Source of the DNA: a virus | Lineage: Duplodnaviria; Caudoviricetes | DNA length: 25,716 nt | Reading direction: 5' to 3' (one strand) | Virus record (IMG/VR): IMGVR_UViG_3300024283_000173 | Span: 1 to 25,716 of that record | Translations under genes and position numbers: made by a program | Shown here: piece by piece, positions 7,974 to 16,221 of the stretch | Layout of the letters: every line of letters starts with the position of its first letter | Position numbering within the stretch: position 1 is the stretch's first letter | Notes under the pieces: model-generated | Told to the model about the DNA's origin: nothing | The model's input: the letters and a program-made list of their open reading frames with translations, nothing else | The model's database searches: none

Positions 7974-10183
7974 CGGTACCTTTCCATCTGGTCCATAGTA
8001 AATGCTAAATCGTCCACAGTTGCAATGTCTGATTGTTGCATATCCCTAGGATTGAACACATTTGAGGGCCTAGAGGGCTGCAAGTTGAGCGGAGGGAGTG
8101 TAGACGGGTTGAAAGAGCGCTTCTTGCTCCGTTCGGCGTTGGGCTCGAGGTCGTGCGGAGCGAAGCAGGCCATGGCGGCGGCGAAGATACGGTCGTCGTG
8201 CTTGCCGTCTTCGTGCTCGAGCTTCTCCCTGCCCGTGGCGGTGACTTTGGCCTCAAAGGTGCGCATCTCTTCGAGTAGCCAAGGAGAGTTAATATGCAGC
8301 CACAGGTTCTTGGCCCAGGTGGCGAAAGAGGTGGTAAGCGTCACGCGAGCCCATGCTCCAGTGAAGAATCCGCGCTTGCGAGCCATGGCTTTGTCCCGGC
8401 GAGGGTTCTTGCCGTCGTAGCGGCTCATCATGTGGAAATGCGAGTAGCCCATGTTGGCCATATCTTTCAGGCACATGTCGCCAACCGAGGCCAATACTTC
8501 CACGGTGACGTAGGGTTCACGCCACTTGTTTGAGTATTCTTGCTTCATGTAGGTGCCGTAGTATCCGGCAATACCGATAACGAATGCGTAGGCTTCGGCG
8601 TGGTTGATGTAGGAGCTGGCCAGTTCGGCGACTTGGGTGTCGGGATCGTCGCTGTTCTTACCTAGAGCCCAGACAGAGATGGCGGTGGCGTCTTCGCCTC
8701 TGCCGGCGGCTGTATCTACCCCGATCGAGTAGCGCACGCCGGGCTTAGGATGAGACCAGATGAATAGTATTCCGGTGGCGGTGGCGGGATCCTTGGGATT
8801 AGGCTGGATTTGCTGCTCAAGGAGAGGGATCAGTTCCCAGCGGTACGTCTTCTCTTGGATGTTGGTGTATTTAATGGGAATGCGCGGCTTATCGTAGTCG
8901 ATATACTCGGTGGGAGGTTCGTGGTCGGCTTCGATGGACTGGCCGACGAGGCAGAACATGTCCATGGTCTTTTCTCGGCGGGATTCTATCTCGGCGAGTG
9001 TCTGGTGGCTGAAGGCGGAGGTGATGGACTTCTGCAAGGCTTCTTCGTCGTCGCCAGCCATCTCTTGCAGGAAGATCTCCTCCATGTTCTTAGCCTTAGC
9101 CTGCTCGTGCTCCACTTCCCAGAACCATTGTTGGGCTTTGGGCATGTGGTAGGTTGAGCCGAGATGCTTGGCTAGGAGCGGGTGAGACCGGACGTAGAGT
9201 TCGGACTTGGCAACGTGCTCTCGCGTATCGGGATTGGGATACCAGTTGTCGGGGATGGGACGCATTCTGAGCCAGGTGGGCGTGGGATAGATATCCGTTC
9301 CGCATAGCCATGGCAGGAAGAGAGGGCAGAGGCGAGCCCGGTTATGCTGCCAGTTCTCCTTGGCGTGGCGCCAAGTATCCGGCCACCAGCCTTTGTCGCC
9401 TTCGCCGGTACCTTCAAGTGCGCCGAAGACGTTGGGAGAGGCATGAACGGCTTTGAAGAGTGCGGCTTCAATCTGGTTGATAGGATCGGTGAAGCTGGCA
9501 CATTCGGAGAGATGGTAGACGGTTGGCGTGGTACCGCGGGCGATGCCGGACATCTGGGCGCCGTGCTGGAAGGATACGCCGGAGAAGCTGTGGCCGAAGA
9601 TGAGCATGCCGCGGTCGGATTCGACGCGCCTAGTCCACTGCGGGCGCAGCCAGACGGGCAGGCGGTCGTAGAGCATGAACATCATGCCGGCCATGAGAGC
9701 GGTCTTAGTCTGGTCGGCGGAGCCGATGACTGCGTTGACGCCGTAGCCGAAGATGATGCGGAGGCCGATAAGGAGTTCGATGAGAGTAGAGACGCCGAGC
9801 TGGCGGGCCTTCAGGAGCATGAGTTCGATGGCGGCGTCGCGTTGCTCGAGGTCGGAGATGACGTCGAAGATCAGGCGTTGTGGGACGCGCGGCTCGAAGC
9901 GGCGGATGTTGTTCTGTTCATCCTTGATGATGGCGTAGCGGGTGAGGGCGTACATGGCGTCGCAAGAGACGAGGAGTTGTTCGTTGAGGATCCAGTCGTG
10001 CTCGAATTGGGTAAGGTGCTGCATACCTTTGGGAGCGCCGTTCTGGTCCAGTTCGTACTTGTTGTAGCGCTTGAGATGGTCCTCGAAGGAGTCGACGTCG
10101 GCGATGGAATGTGGTTCTAGAGTGACGCTGAATTCGCGCTGGGCGAGTTCGATACGTTGAGCGACGCGGGAGGGGTGATACAT
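7970..10183 (-). CDS. terL: Terminase large subunit
   Basis: LLKARQLGVST Walker A, YHLSE Walker B, GVDTAAG nuclease Asp and HDDRIFA motif. Start set at ATG 10183 (overlaps methylase stop TGA by 1 nt, TGATG). Confidence 0.93.
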   Translation of the reverse strand: MYHPSRVAQRIELAQREFSVTLEPHSIADVDSFEDHLKRYNKYELDQNGAPKGMQHLTQFEHDWILNEQLLVSCDAMYALTRYAIIKDEQNNIRRFEPRVPQRLIFDVISDLEQRDAAIELMLLKARQLGVSTLIELLIGLRIIFGYGVNAVIGSADQTKTALMAGMMFMLYDRLPVWLRPQWTRRVESDRGMLIFGHSFSGVSFQHGAQMSGIARGTTPTVYHLSECASFTDPINQIEAALFKAVHASPNVFGALEGTGEGDKGWWPDTWRHAKENWQHNRARLCPLFLPWLCGTDIYPTPTWLRMRPIPDNWYPNPDTREHVAKSELYVRSHPLLAKHLGSTYHMPKAQQWFWEVEHEQAKAKNMEEIFLQEMAGDDEEALQKSITSAFSHQTLAEIESRREKTMDMFCLVGQSIEADHEPPTEYIDYDKPRIPIKYTNIQEKTYRWELIPLLEQQIQPNPKDPATATGILFIWSHPKPGVRYSIGVDTAAGRGEDATAISVWALGKNSDDPDTQVAELASSYINHAEAYAFVIGIAGYYGTYMKQEYSNKWREPYVTVEVLASVGDMCLKDMANMGYSHFHMMSRYDGKNPRRDKAMARKRGFFTGAWARVTLTTSFATWAKNLWLHINSPWLLEEMRTFEAKVTATGREKLEHEDGKHDDRIFAAAMACFAPHDLEPNAERSKKRSFNPSTLPPLNLQPSRPSNVFNPRDMQQSDIATVDDLAFTMDQMERYR

Positions 10184-10833
10184 CAGGCGGCTACTTTCTG
10201 TGCCAGAGACCACTGACGGGCAATATATTCAGAGTAAGCGGGAGGAATGGCCTCTTTAAGCTCATCTCCACTCATCCAATCAATTCCGTAGGCCAACGGC
10301 GCATTCTTTACTGACTTAAAATTTCCTATCCTACGGCTATTAGCTCCTGCGGTAGTCACAAGAAGAATAGGCTTAGCATGATCACATTTTTTGGGTGGCG
10401 ACGCACAAGGAAAACCTAATTGAAAAAGGCGATGCCTTCTACAACGCAAGTTGAACATTGATCCGCAGAGCATCATTGGAACTAAGAGGTGTTTACGGGC
10501 ACCAACTACATTTTCAAGCACGTAAGGAATCTTATCCACCGCCCTAAGACCTAACAATCTATCTCGCACACCGACTAGCAAATCTGGATGGCCATTCCTA
10601 TGAGTTTTTGGTGTCACGCAGGAATATCTCTGGCACGGTGGACTGGCCCAAATGAAATCAAAACCTATCACATCAAATGTCATTGCATCAGCCTGCACAA
10701 ACGTAAACGGGTAATTTAGCTGCGGCTTAATATCTACACCAACAATCTCAGCATCTGGCCATGCGCGGTGTAGTCCCATTGCAGCACCACCGGCTCCGCA
10801 GAATAGGTCTAGCACTCGCTTAGGCTGAATCAT
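10183..10833 (-). CDS. Short C5-cytosine DNA methyltransferase (216 aa)
   Basis: Motif I LDLFCGAGG, motif IV ASPPCQ, motif VI ENV, C-terminal EAIPPAYS. Confidence 0.9.
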   Translation of the reverse strand: MIQPKRVLDLFCGAGGAAMGLHRAWPDAEIVGVDIKPQLNYPFTFVQADAMTFDVIGFDFIWASPPCQRYSCVTPKTHRNGHPDLLVGVRDRLLGLRAVDKIPYVLENVVGARKHLLVPMMLCGSMFNLRCRRHRLFQLGFPCASPPKKCDHAKPILLVTTAGANSRRIGNFKSVKNAPLAYGIDWMSGDELKEAIPPAYSEYIARQWSLAQKVAA

Positions 10834-11465
10834 TCTTCGTCAACCAGTATGGCGTCTTCAACCTTCTGAATCTCGGGTAGCGTGCCCTTGATGGCATGTA
10901 AGCGCTCGCTGAGGCGTCTCACTGTTTGTTCTGGCGCCGGAGCGGCCACTACCGTCTGTTGCACCGGAGATGATGATGATGTGGCTGAGGTTTGTACGTT
11001 GACGACGGTGCGGGCACCCTTGGGCATAGGCATCAACCCTGAGACTTGCATGTGCAGGCGGCGGTCCTTGTAGCCGTTGTCAACATCCATGGCGGCTTCT
11101 ATGTTGGTCTCGACAATCTCGGGCTGGGAGACGGAGAGATTCACTGCTGATTTTAGGGATTTCACCCGCTCGATGACGCGGACCAGAGAGTCCAGGATGC
11201 GGTTGGGATCGACGCCGGCGGCTACACAGAAGGCTTCGAGTGGGAGCACATCTCTGACCTGTTTCCAGGAGTGTTTATAGACGGACATGAGGCCGCGGGC
11301 TTCTAGGTCCGAGGATGCGTCGAGGTAGTGATACGGATCGGTAGGCAGGCCGCGCTTCTTCAAGCCGGACATGATCTCGGTGAGCAGAGGAGTGATTTGC
11401 GGGACGTTGAGCAGGGATTTGGGCTGCAGGCCGAGCTTGCGGAGGGCGAGGGATTTGCTGATCAT
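10830..11465 (-). CDS. Putative terminase small subunit (211 aa)
   Basis: Position upstream of TerL; helical core with a low-complexity tail; no diagnostic motif. Confidence 0.5.
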   Translation of the reverse strand: MISKSLALRKLGLQPKSLLNVPQITPLLTEIMSGLKKRGLPTDPYHYLDASSDLEARGLMSVYKHSWKQVRDVLPLEAFCVAAGVDPNRILDSLVRVIERVKSLKSAVNLSVSQPEIVETNIEAAMDVDNGYKDRRLHMQVSGLMPMPKGARTVVNVQTSATSSSSPVQQTVVAAPAPEQTVRRLSERLHAIKGTLPEIQKVEDAILVDEE

Positions 11466-11507
11466 CTCTCAATCTTTCTGTTGCGTAAAGAACTTTGCGC
11501 CACAAGG

Positions 11508-11747
11508 TTACTCGTCCAGCTCTATACCGTCGCGCTGAGCTTCAAGCCTGCGGAGGTAGTCCTTATTGATCTCATCCTGGTCCATGATGGCGAATTCGGT
11601 CTTCTTGCGCGGGATGGGAGCATTCTTAGCCAGCCATTCCTGCTGAGCGAACTCGAACTGTTTCTCGGCGATGGTGGCTTGGCGCTCGAGGGCCAGAGCG
11701 ATACGGCGGAGCCAGAAGAATTGTTTGGCTTCATCCAAGAGGCGCAT
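11508..11747 (-). CDS. Hypothetical protein (79 aa)
   Basis: LRRIALALER coiled motif; fits the operon. Confidence 0.6.
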   Translation of the reverse strand: MRLLDEAKQFFWLRRIALALERQATIAEKQFEFAQQEWLAKNAPIPRKKTEFAIMDQDEINKDYLRRLEAQRDGIELDE

Positions 11748-11940
11748 GTAAGTCTCGTTCCTGTCGCGCTCTGTAGGTATCCAGCGCCGCTGGCCGCATG
11801 TCGTTCACCCGTTGAGCAATCATGTTGTTACGGCTCTTGCTCGAGAAGTGATGCAGCACGGTGCGGGTAGTGTGCAGGATAGCTTCGGCAATGAGGACGC
11901 CTAGGATGATATCGGGCCAGAGAATAGGATGTACGCTCAT
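11731..11940 (-). CDS. Small protein with N-terminal hydrophobic helix
   Basis: ATGA overlap at 11937-11940, GGAG RBS; ILWPDIILGVLIAEAIL segment. Confidence 0.55.
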   Translation of the reverse strand: MSVHPILWPDIILGVLIAEAILHTTRTVLHHFSSKSRNNMIAQRVNDMRPAALDTYRARQERDLHAPLG

Positions 11941-12398
11941 CGTTTCCACTCCTTCTTACCTTCTACCGTAGTGTCCCGGATCTCTACCTGTTGAGGCGGC
12001 AACTCTTCCATATCGGATGGATACAAGATGTGCTCAATCTGCCGCGTGCCGTCGAGTTGCTTGGTCTCTACGGGGACTTTCAGGCCGAGACGGACGCGCT
12101 CAGCGTTAGGATTATCCATGGTCCAAGTAGCGGTTTGTTGGGCGAATTCGTTGTCGTTGGAGGGTGGAGCTGATGGATCTTCCTTCTGGAAGTCGATAGA
12201 GGTGACCGACTCGGGAAAGTAGGCATTATCCAGCTTGAGAGTGAGCTTGATGTTGCCGGAGACTTTGCCGAAGGCGATATGCTCGGATAAAAGCCCTTCA
12301 GCGCTAAGTAATTTCTCACAGATGCTCATCAAATACGCTTTCAGTTCGCTTCCGGTAAGAGGACGATTGACGACCTTCTCATTCTGTACTGGCGACAT
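11937..12398 (-). CDS. Hypothetical protein (153 aa)
   Basis: AAGGA RBS; fits the operon. Confidence 0.65.
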   Translation of the reverse strand: MSPVQNEKVVNRPLTGSELKAYLMSICEKLLSAEGLLSEHIAFGKVSGNIKLTLKLDNAYFPESVTSIDFQKEDPSAPPSNDNEFAQQTATWTMDNPNAERVRLGLKVPVETKQLDGTRQIEHILYPSDMEELPPQQVEIRDTTVEGKKEWKR

Positions 12399-12747
12399 TG
12401 TTCAGTCCTTTCAGAATCTCCTTATGTGTGCGGCGGATACCCTTACGTTTACCACGATGGAGCGTGCTCCTGCGTAGCGCTTCTTCCATCTTGATACGGT
12501 ATTCATCCTGATGCAGCCGCGGATCGTCGAGGGAACGCTTCTTGATGATATGTTCCGGTAAGCGTTGGTTCATGGCGTCGAGATAACGAACGCGATGGAG
12601 CATTCTGGCGCTGCCGAGCGAGACGTCGATAGAGATGAACGGCAGCTTCTTGCGGGCCAGGATGAGCATCCATGGGGACCAGTAGAGCCAGCGGGCGTTG
12701 ATTCTCTCTTCTAGGCGGGGAGTTACCTTAAGTAGCATCGGATTCAC
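12379..12747 (-). CDS. Hypothetical basic protein (122 aa)
   Basis: GTG start with GGAGG RBS; fills the gap in the operon. Confidence 0.55.
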   Translation of the reverse strand: MNPMLLKVTPRLEERINARWLYWSPWMLILARKKLPFISIDVSLGSARMLHRVRYLDAMNQRLPEHIIKKRSLDDPRLHQDEYRIKMEEALRRSTLHRGKRKGIRRTHKEILKGLNNVASTE

Positions 12748-13288
12748 CGTTGATAGCCTCCATCAACTCTTCCTCAGTATGTTCAATGATTGGCTCAGAC
12801 TCTACTACCACAACTGGCGGCGGCTGCGTCTTCATCCATTCCAGGCGTTCTCGCAACGACATCGGCATTGGCGGCGGGGTGAGTGTCACGTTCTGGATGC
12901 TGTCGGACTCGAGAGAGACTTGACGGGTCAGCACGGAATGCGGCATGGGAGCTTCTACCGGCGTCGACGAGGTCACTTCAACGCGCTTGGCTGCGAGCTC
13001 CTTCTTCCGTGCAATCTTCTCCTCATAGGTATAGAGCGGCGGCCGATCGAAGCGCTTGACGCGGCAGCTTGGGCACATCTTCGGCCGATGAGCGAGACGG
13101 GACTTCCACTTGTAGTCGCAACGTACGCAGTGATAGAGCTTGGCCGTCTCAGCCTTGACGCCCATCAGCGTCTCTATCTCCTGATCCAGAGCCTCACGGA
13201 TGGCGAAGAGATGCTTGATACGGTCCTGCAGCTCCTGACCGGTGGCCGGAAGAGGTAAGTGAGTCTTGAATGAGAACGATACGGACAT
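12728..13288 (-). CDS. Zn-ribbon protein (CVRC...CPSC, 186 aa)
   Basis: HCVRCDYKWKSR..HRPKMCPSCR motif; paralogous to the gene at 23119. Confidence 0.75.
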   Translation of the reverse strand: MSVSFSFKTHLPLPATGQELQDRIKHLFAIREALDQEIETLMGVKAETAKLYHCVRCDYKWKSRLAHRPKMCPSCRVKRFDRPPLYTYEEKIARKKELAAKRVEVTSSTPVEAPMPHSVLTRQVSLESDSIQNVTLTPPPMPMSLRERLEWMKTQPPPVVVVESEPIIEHTEEELMEAINGESDAT

Positions 13289-13289
13289 T

Positions 13290-13329
13290 GATAGGTAGCC
13301 TATATAGCACTAACCTATCTATTGGTCAA
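13290..13329 (-). promoter_or_regulatory. Sigma70-like promoter overlapped by an inverted repeat
   Basis: TTGACC-N17-TATATA; inverted repeat GATAGGT...ACCTATC at 13290-13319. Confidence 0.55.
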
Positions 13330-13353
13330 GGGATAAGTGGACTATGGTAGCTG

Positions 13354-13596
13354 TTAGAACCACCCTCCGAACGAGTAGTTCAGGAAGATCAGCACGCACA
13401 GCAGCACGGCAAACCAGTAGATCACCGAGACCCACGGCTCCCCTACTCCCAGCGCCGGCAATACCAGCTTCATAATCTTGAACAATATGGCGATGATGAC
13501 GACGGTGGCGATCAGGCCGATGAACGCCCATACCACCCCTTCGTGGCCGAAGAACCCTACACGGTGATCGATCAGTAGTGCTAGTGAGGTGAGCAT
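13354..13596 (-). CDS. Small two-TM membrane protein (holin-like topology possible)
   Basis: Two hydrophobic helices; GGAGG RBS. Confidence 0.7.
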   Translation of the reverse strand: MLTSLALLIDHRVGFFGHEGVVWAFIGLIATVVIIAILFKIMKLVLPALGVGEPWVSVIYWFAVLLCVLIFLNYSFGGWF

Positions 13597-13617
13597 GGTT
13601 CCTCCATTTGGACGAGG

Positions 13618-13647
13618 ACGGTAGCGCGAACGGCCTCAGTATGTCAA
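13618..13647 (-). promoter_or_regulatory. Sigma70-like promoter
   Basis: TTGACA-N18-TACCGT upstream of the RBS of 13596. Confidence 0.55.
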
Positions 13648-13653
13648 TCGGAT

Positions 13654-14085
13654 TTAATGTTGTTCCATGTGCGGCGAGAACTTGGCTTTAGGGAACTCCA
13701 GATGGTAGTTGTGAACGGCACCCTTCAGGCCGTAAATGGCCACCACTTCAGTCGGTATCGCCGTATAGCCGACGATGCGCCAGCCTTTCAGATCGTCCTC
13801 GCCGACCGTCAGCTTCCAGCAGAATGCGTGATACGTCGTCTGCAAGCCCATGCTCAATACCGCGACGCCAATCACCGATTGCCGCGACGGATTCTTGCCC
13901 AGGAGGTGATTCCCCTCTACCTGGCGGTTCGTCCGCAACACCGTAGATTGCGCATCCGCCCCGATCGCCGCCGCTATAAAGAATTCCCCTACCCACCACT
14001 TCGGATCCGTATACCAATGCTTCGGCCGTGCCTCCGCCGAATTAACTACCATCAGCATAAGTAGCGTTAGAATACTGGTGCGCAT
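13654..14085 (-). CDS. Exported/membrane protein with signal peptide (DUF5658-like D..ST...E.N.L.G motif)
   Basis: MRTSILTLLMLMVVNSAEA signal peptide; ATG 14085 lies just after the tRNA CCA end. Confidence 0.6.
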   Translation of the reverse strand: MRTSILTLLMLMVVNSAEARPKHWYTDPKWWVGEFFIAAAIGADAQSTVLRTNRQVEGNHLLGKNPSRQSVIGVAVLSMGLQTTYHAFCWKLTVGEDDLKGWRIVGYTAIPTEVVAIYGLKGAVHNYHLEFPKAKFSPHMEQH

Positions 14086-14090
14086 ATAGT

Positions 14091-14164
14091 TGGCGGGGTC
14101 GAGCGGAATCAAACCGCCGTTCTTCGAGCGACAGTCGAGCGTCTTGTCACTAGACGACGACCCC
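14091..14164 (-). tRNA. tRNA-Asp(GTC)
   Basis: Acceptor GGGGTCG/CGACCCC, discriminator G, encoded CCA; D-stem GTCT/AGAC; anticodon loop CT-GTC-GC; T-arm GGCGG-TTTGATT-CCGCT. Confidence 0.9.
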
Positions 14165-14167
14165 GTC

Positions 14168-14242
14168 TGGAGCCGGTGCGGAGGTTACCGCTCCGCCGCT
14201 TCACCTGCCTCATACAAGGCTGACTCAGGCTTGGCCCGGCTC
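14168..14242 (-). ncRNA. tRNA-like RNA / degenerate tRNA ending in CCA
   Basis: 75 nt; GAGCCGG/CCGGCTC closing stem; GCGGAG-CGGTAAC-CTCCGC T-arm-like hairpin; GCCT-TGTATG-AGGC hairpin; 3 nt upstream of tRNA-Asp. Confidence 0.65.
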
Positions 14243-14245
14243 ACC

Positions 14246-14280
14246 CTTATACCATGAATTGAAAATAAAAAATAAAAAAA
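14246..14280 (-). promoter_or_regulatory. Extended -10 promoter with T-tracts driving the RNA genes
   Basis: TGG-TATAAG a few nt upstream of the tRNA-like RNA, preceded by long T-tracts. Confidence 0.5.
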
Positions 14281-14507
14281 GGCCAGCACAGGAGCAGACG
14301 CGTCCCCGCCGTCCCTCTTCTATATGCCGGACAACTGACGACCTATGCCTACCTATTGTGCACGATTGCGGCCGGCTGCCGGCGCCAGGCGGGCGGGGTT
14401 ACGGCATCGCGCGGCGAGCGAGCTAACCAGTATGGCAGCTGTGAGTGGTGTGCGGACTATGGGACTGGACTGTCAAACTAACCAGACTGTGACTGACAAT
14501 AGGTGTG

Positions 14508-14629
14508 TGTCAGTTCTGACATATGTGTCAAGGCTGACACGATAGGGCTCGGGCGGTGAAACGCCGCCGTGTACTGTCATCTTTTCCCTCCATTGTGTGT
14601 CAAATATTACACATATGTCAAGGTTGACA
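14508..14629. repeat. Two TGTCA-N4-TGACA-N4-TGTCA-N4-TGACA arrays, 90 bp apart
   Basis: 14508-14539 perfect; 14598-14629 with one mismatch (TTACA). Confidence 0.85.
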
Positions 14630-14693
14630 CACTCTGATATTGTCCTGAGTTATTCACAGGTATATGACCGTTTACGGCTACAGGATATTGACA

Positions 14694-14724
14694 GTTGACA
14701 AGTATTCTTGTGTGCCCGTATAGT
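14694..14724 (+). promoter_or_regulatory. Early sigma70 promoter
   Basis: TTGACA-N18-TATAGT before the GAGGG RBS of 14744. Confidence 0.7.
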
Positions 14725-14743
14725 GGACACTAGTGAGGGTAAT

Positions 14744-15241
14744 ATGGACACGCCTATGAATCCTATCCAGCGCAAGATAGCGGCCGGCATATCGCCGATT
14801 ATCGCATTCTTGTCTGAGGCCACTTGCGGTGAGGCATGTTGGGAAGCGCGGGAAGATGTTTGCCGCTGCTCTTGTGGCGGAAAGAATCACGGTTGCATGC
14901 GGACGGCGGACGGTGTGAGGCCCACGCGCAACGCCAAGATCGACGGTGTGCGCTATGAACTGAAAGCTGTAGGTGAGAACGTCTACGCTGAAGCACAGGC
15001 CATTAACCGCGCTGGTGGTCCGAAGAGTACGCACAAGATCACCGAAGAGTTGACCTATACATATTGGTGGGATGCTACTGACCACGGTGCCCCTGCGCGT
15101 GTACGTCCTGCTACCAAAGCACAGATGGCAGCATGGCCTGAATTGGCACAGTGGCGCGAAGAACACGCTAGATTGAATGCCGAAGGACGGCATGCGCCGA
15201 TTGAGTATAAGTGGCCTTATCTTTTGTGGGTGAGAGTTTAA
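14744..15241 (+). CDS. Cys-rich early phage protein (C..A....C.CSCGGKNHG)
   Basis: Metal-binding motif seen in phage hypothetical proteins; GAGGG RBS. Confidence 0.75.
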   Translation: MDTPMNPIQRKIAAGISPIIAFLSEATCGEACWEAREDVCRCSCGGKNHGCMRTADGVRPTRNAKIDGVRYELKAVGENVYAEAQAINRAGGPKSTHKITEELTYTYWWDATDHGAPARVRPATKAQMAAWPELAQWREEHARLNAEGRHAPIEYKWPYLLWVRV

Positions 15242-15249
15242 CTTTTCTC

Positions 15250-15278
15250 TTGACACGGTATGCACTGTAGTGCACACT
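15250..15278 (+). promoter_or_regulatory. Promoter with palindromic operator
   Basis: TTGACA-N17-CACACT; TGCACT-GT-AGTGCA at 15261-15274. Confidence 0.65.
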
Positions 15279-15297
15279 GAATACAACGGAGGCAACC

Positions 15298-15393
15298 ATG
15301 TTAACTCTACTTAGTAGGCTGGTATGTACGGTGGTGGGATTTGTGGCGATAGGTGTGGCGTTGACGTACATTCTCTCATTGGCGAGGTTGTAA
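15298..15393 (+). CDS. 31-aa hydrophobic membrane peptide
   Basis: GGAGG RBS; MLTLLSRLVCTVVGFVAIGVALTYILSLARL; TAATG coupling to the next gene; not in ORF track. Confidence 0.65.
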   Translation: MLTLLSRLVCTVVGFVAIGVALTYILSLARL

Positions 15394-15623
15394 TGGCAAG
15401 AATCGTAGGAACACAAGGAAAACAGTTCACTAAAGCAGAATTGCGCTCCATTCGCCTAGATTCTTACCGCCGTATGGGACGCGAGGCCGGTAGATTGGAC
15501 GCGCTAGATGGTAACGCGAAACAAGAAACTTGTCCTAATACATGCGAAACCGATTGTGCGGATTCATACATGGAAGGATATAGGGACGCATGGGAATGGC
15601 AGGTAAAGCGCAATGAGCGGTGA
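15393..15623 (+). CDS. Hypothetical protein (G..AG..DA...Y.EGY..A motif)
   Basis: Coupled start, GAGG RBS. Confidence 0.65.
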   Translation: MARIVGTQGKQFTKAELRSIRLDSYRRMGREAGRLDALDGNAKQETCPNTCETDCADSYMEGYRDAWEWQVKRNER

Positions 15624-15810
15624 GAGTCCCGAGGAATTAGCAGAACTATATTGGGCTACACGGAACAGACTCTTGCCGCTAGATGAATGGGTGTTGGAAC
15701 GTTACGAGAATTGCATTCGATTAGCTAAAGAAAAGAGTGGACAACAACGTGAAATGTGGCTAGAGGATGCGGCATATTTTCGAGAGATTCTTAAGGTTTT
15801 ATCCAAGTAG
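15613..15810 (+). CDS. Hypothetical protein (65 aa)
   Basis: Overlapping operon gene. Confidence 0.65.
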   Translation: MSGESPEELAELYWATRNRLLPLDEWVLERYENCIRLAKEKSGQQREMWLEDAAYFREILKVLSK

Positions 15811-15870
15811 TACCGCACCAGCGGCGGGGAATGGCTGGGATGGGACACACTTTCACTAGGAGGCAAACTA

Positions 15871-16152
15871 ATGAACTGTCCACACTGCGGTATGGCAATT
15901 CCAGTTCGCACTAGCAAGTCGAATGGGAGTGCCAAGTATCAAGAGGATGTACGCAAGGCGGAAGCGGCGATTGAAGTGCTAGGTCGCCAACCGTACGCAG
16001 AGCTAAAAGAGGCATGCGAGATGGAAGCGTTTCGCCTGCTTATGGCGATTGACGATCCGGCGAAACTGTATGCGATATACCGGAGGAATGATAAGAGGAC
16101 GCCAACGAATTATGGCATGGTAGCGACACGGGAATTGGCAGTAGCAGCGTAG
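15871..16152 (+). CDS. Hypothetical protein with N-terminal CPHC
   Basis: GGAGG RBS. Confidence 0.65.
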   Translation: MNCPHCGMAIPVRTSKSNGSAKYQEDVRKAEAAIEVLGRQPYAELKEACEMEAFRLLMAIDDPAKLYAIYRRNDKRTPTNYGMVATRELAVAA

Positions 16153-16221
16153 TAGTTGGTAATACGGCAAGCTCGCCGGGAAGGGGCTACGTCGGGACAC
16201 GACGATAAACACGGAGGCAAT

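Noticed and set aside
9344-10120. 258-aa plus-strand ORF and other antisense ORFs over TerL, portal and capsid
   Set aside because: Shadow ORFs from GC-rich codon bias; no RBS or motifs.
14086-14112. Extended start of ORF 13654-14112
   Set aside because: Overlaps the tRNA-Asp 3' end; ATG 14085 gives a clean signal peptide.
14168-14242. tmRNA or canonical tRNA-Tyr
   Set aside because: No alanine identity elements or tag ORF; loop sizes and D-arm are non-canonical.
14345-14545. 66-aa ORF in the switch region
   Set aside because: Runs through the repeat arrays; no RBS.
14508-14629. CRISPR mini-array or CRP/CooA sites
   Set aside because: Repeats are short palindromes without a spacer series; half-site spacing is N4, not the N6 of CRP-family sites.
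14678-15295. 205-aa minus-strand ORF
   Set aside because: Antisense to a motif-bearing gene and spans two promoters.
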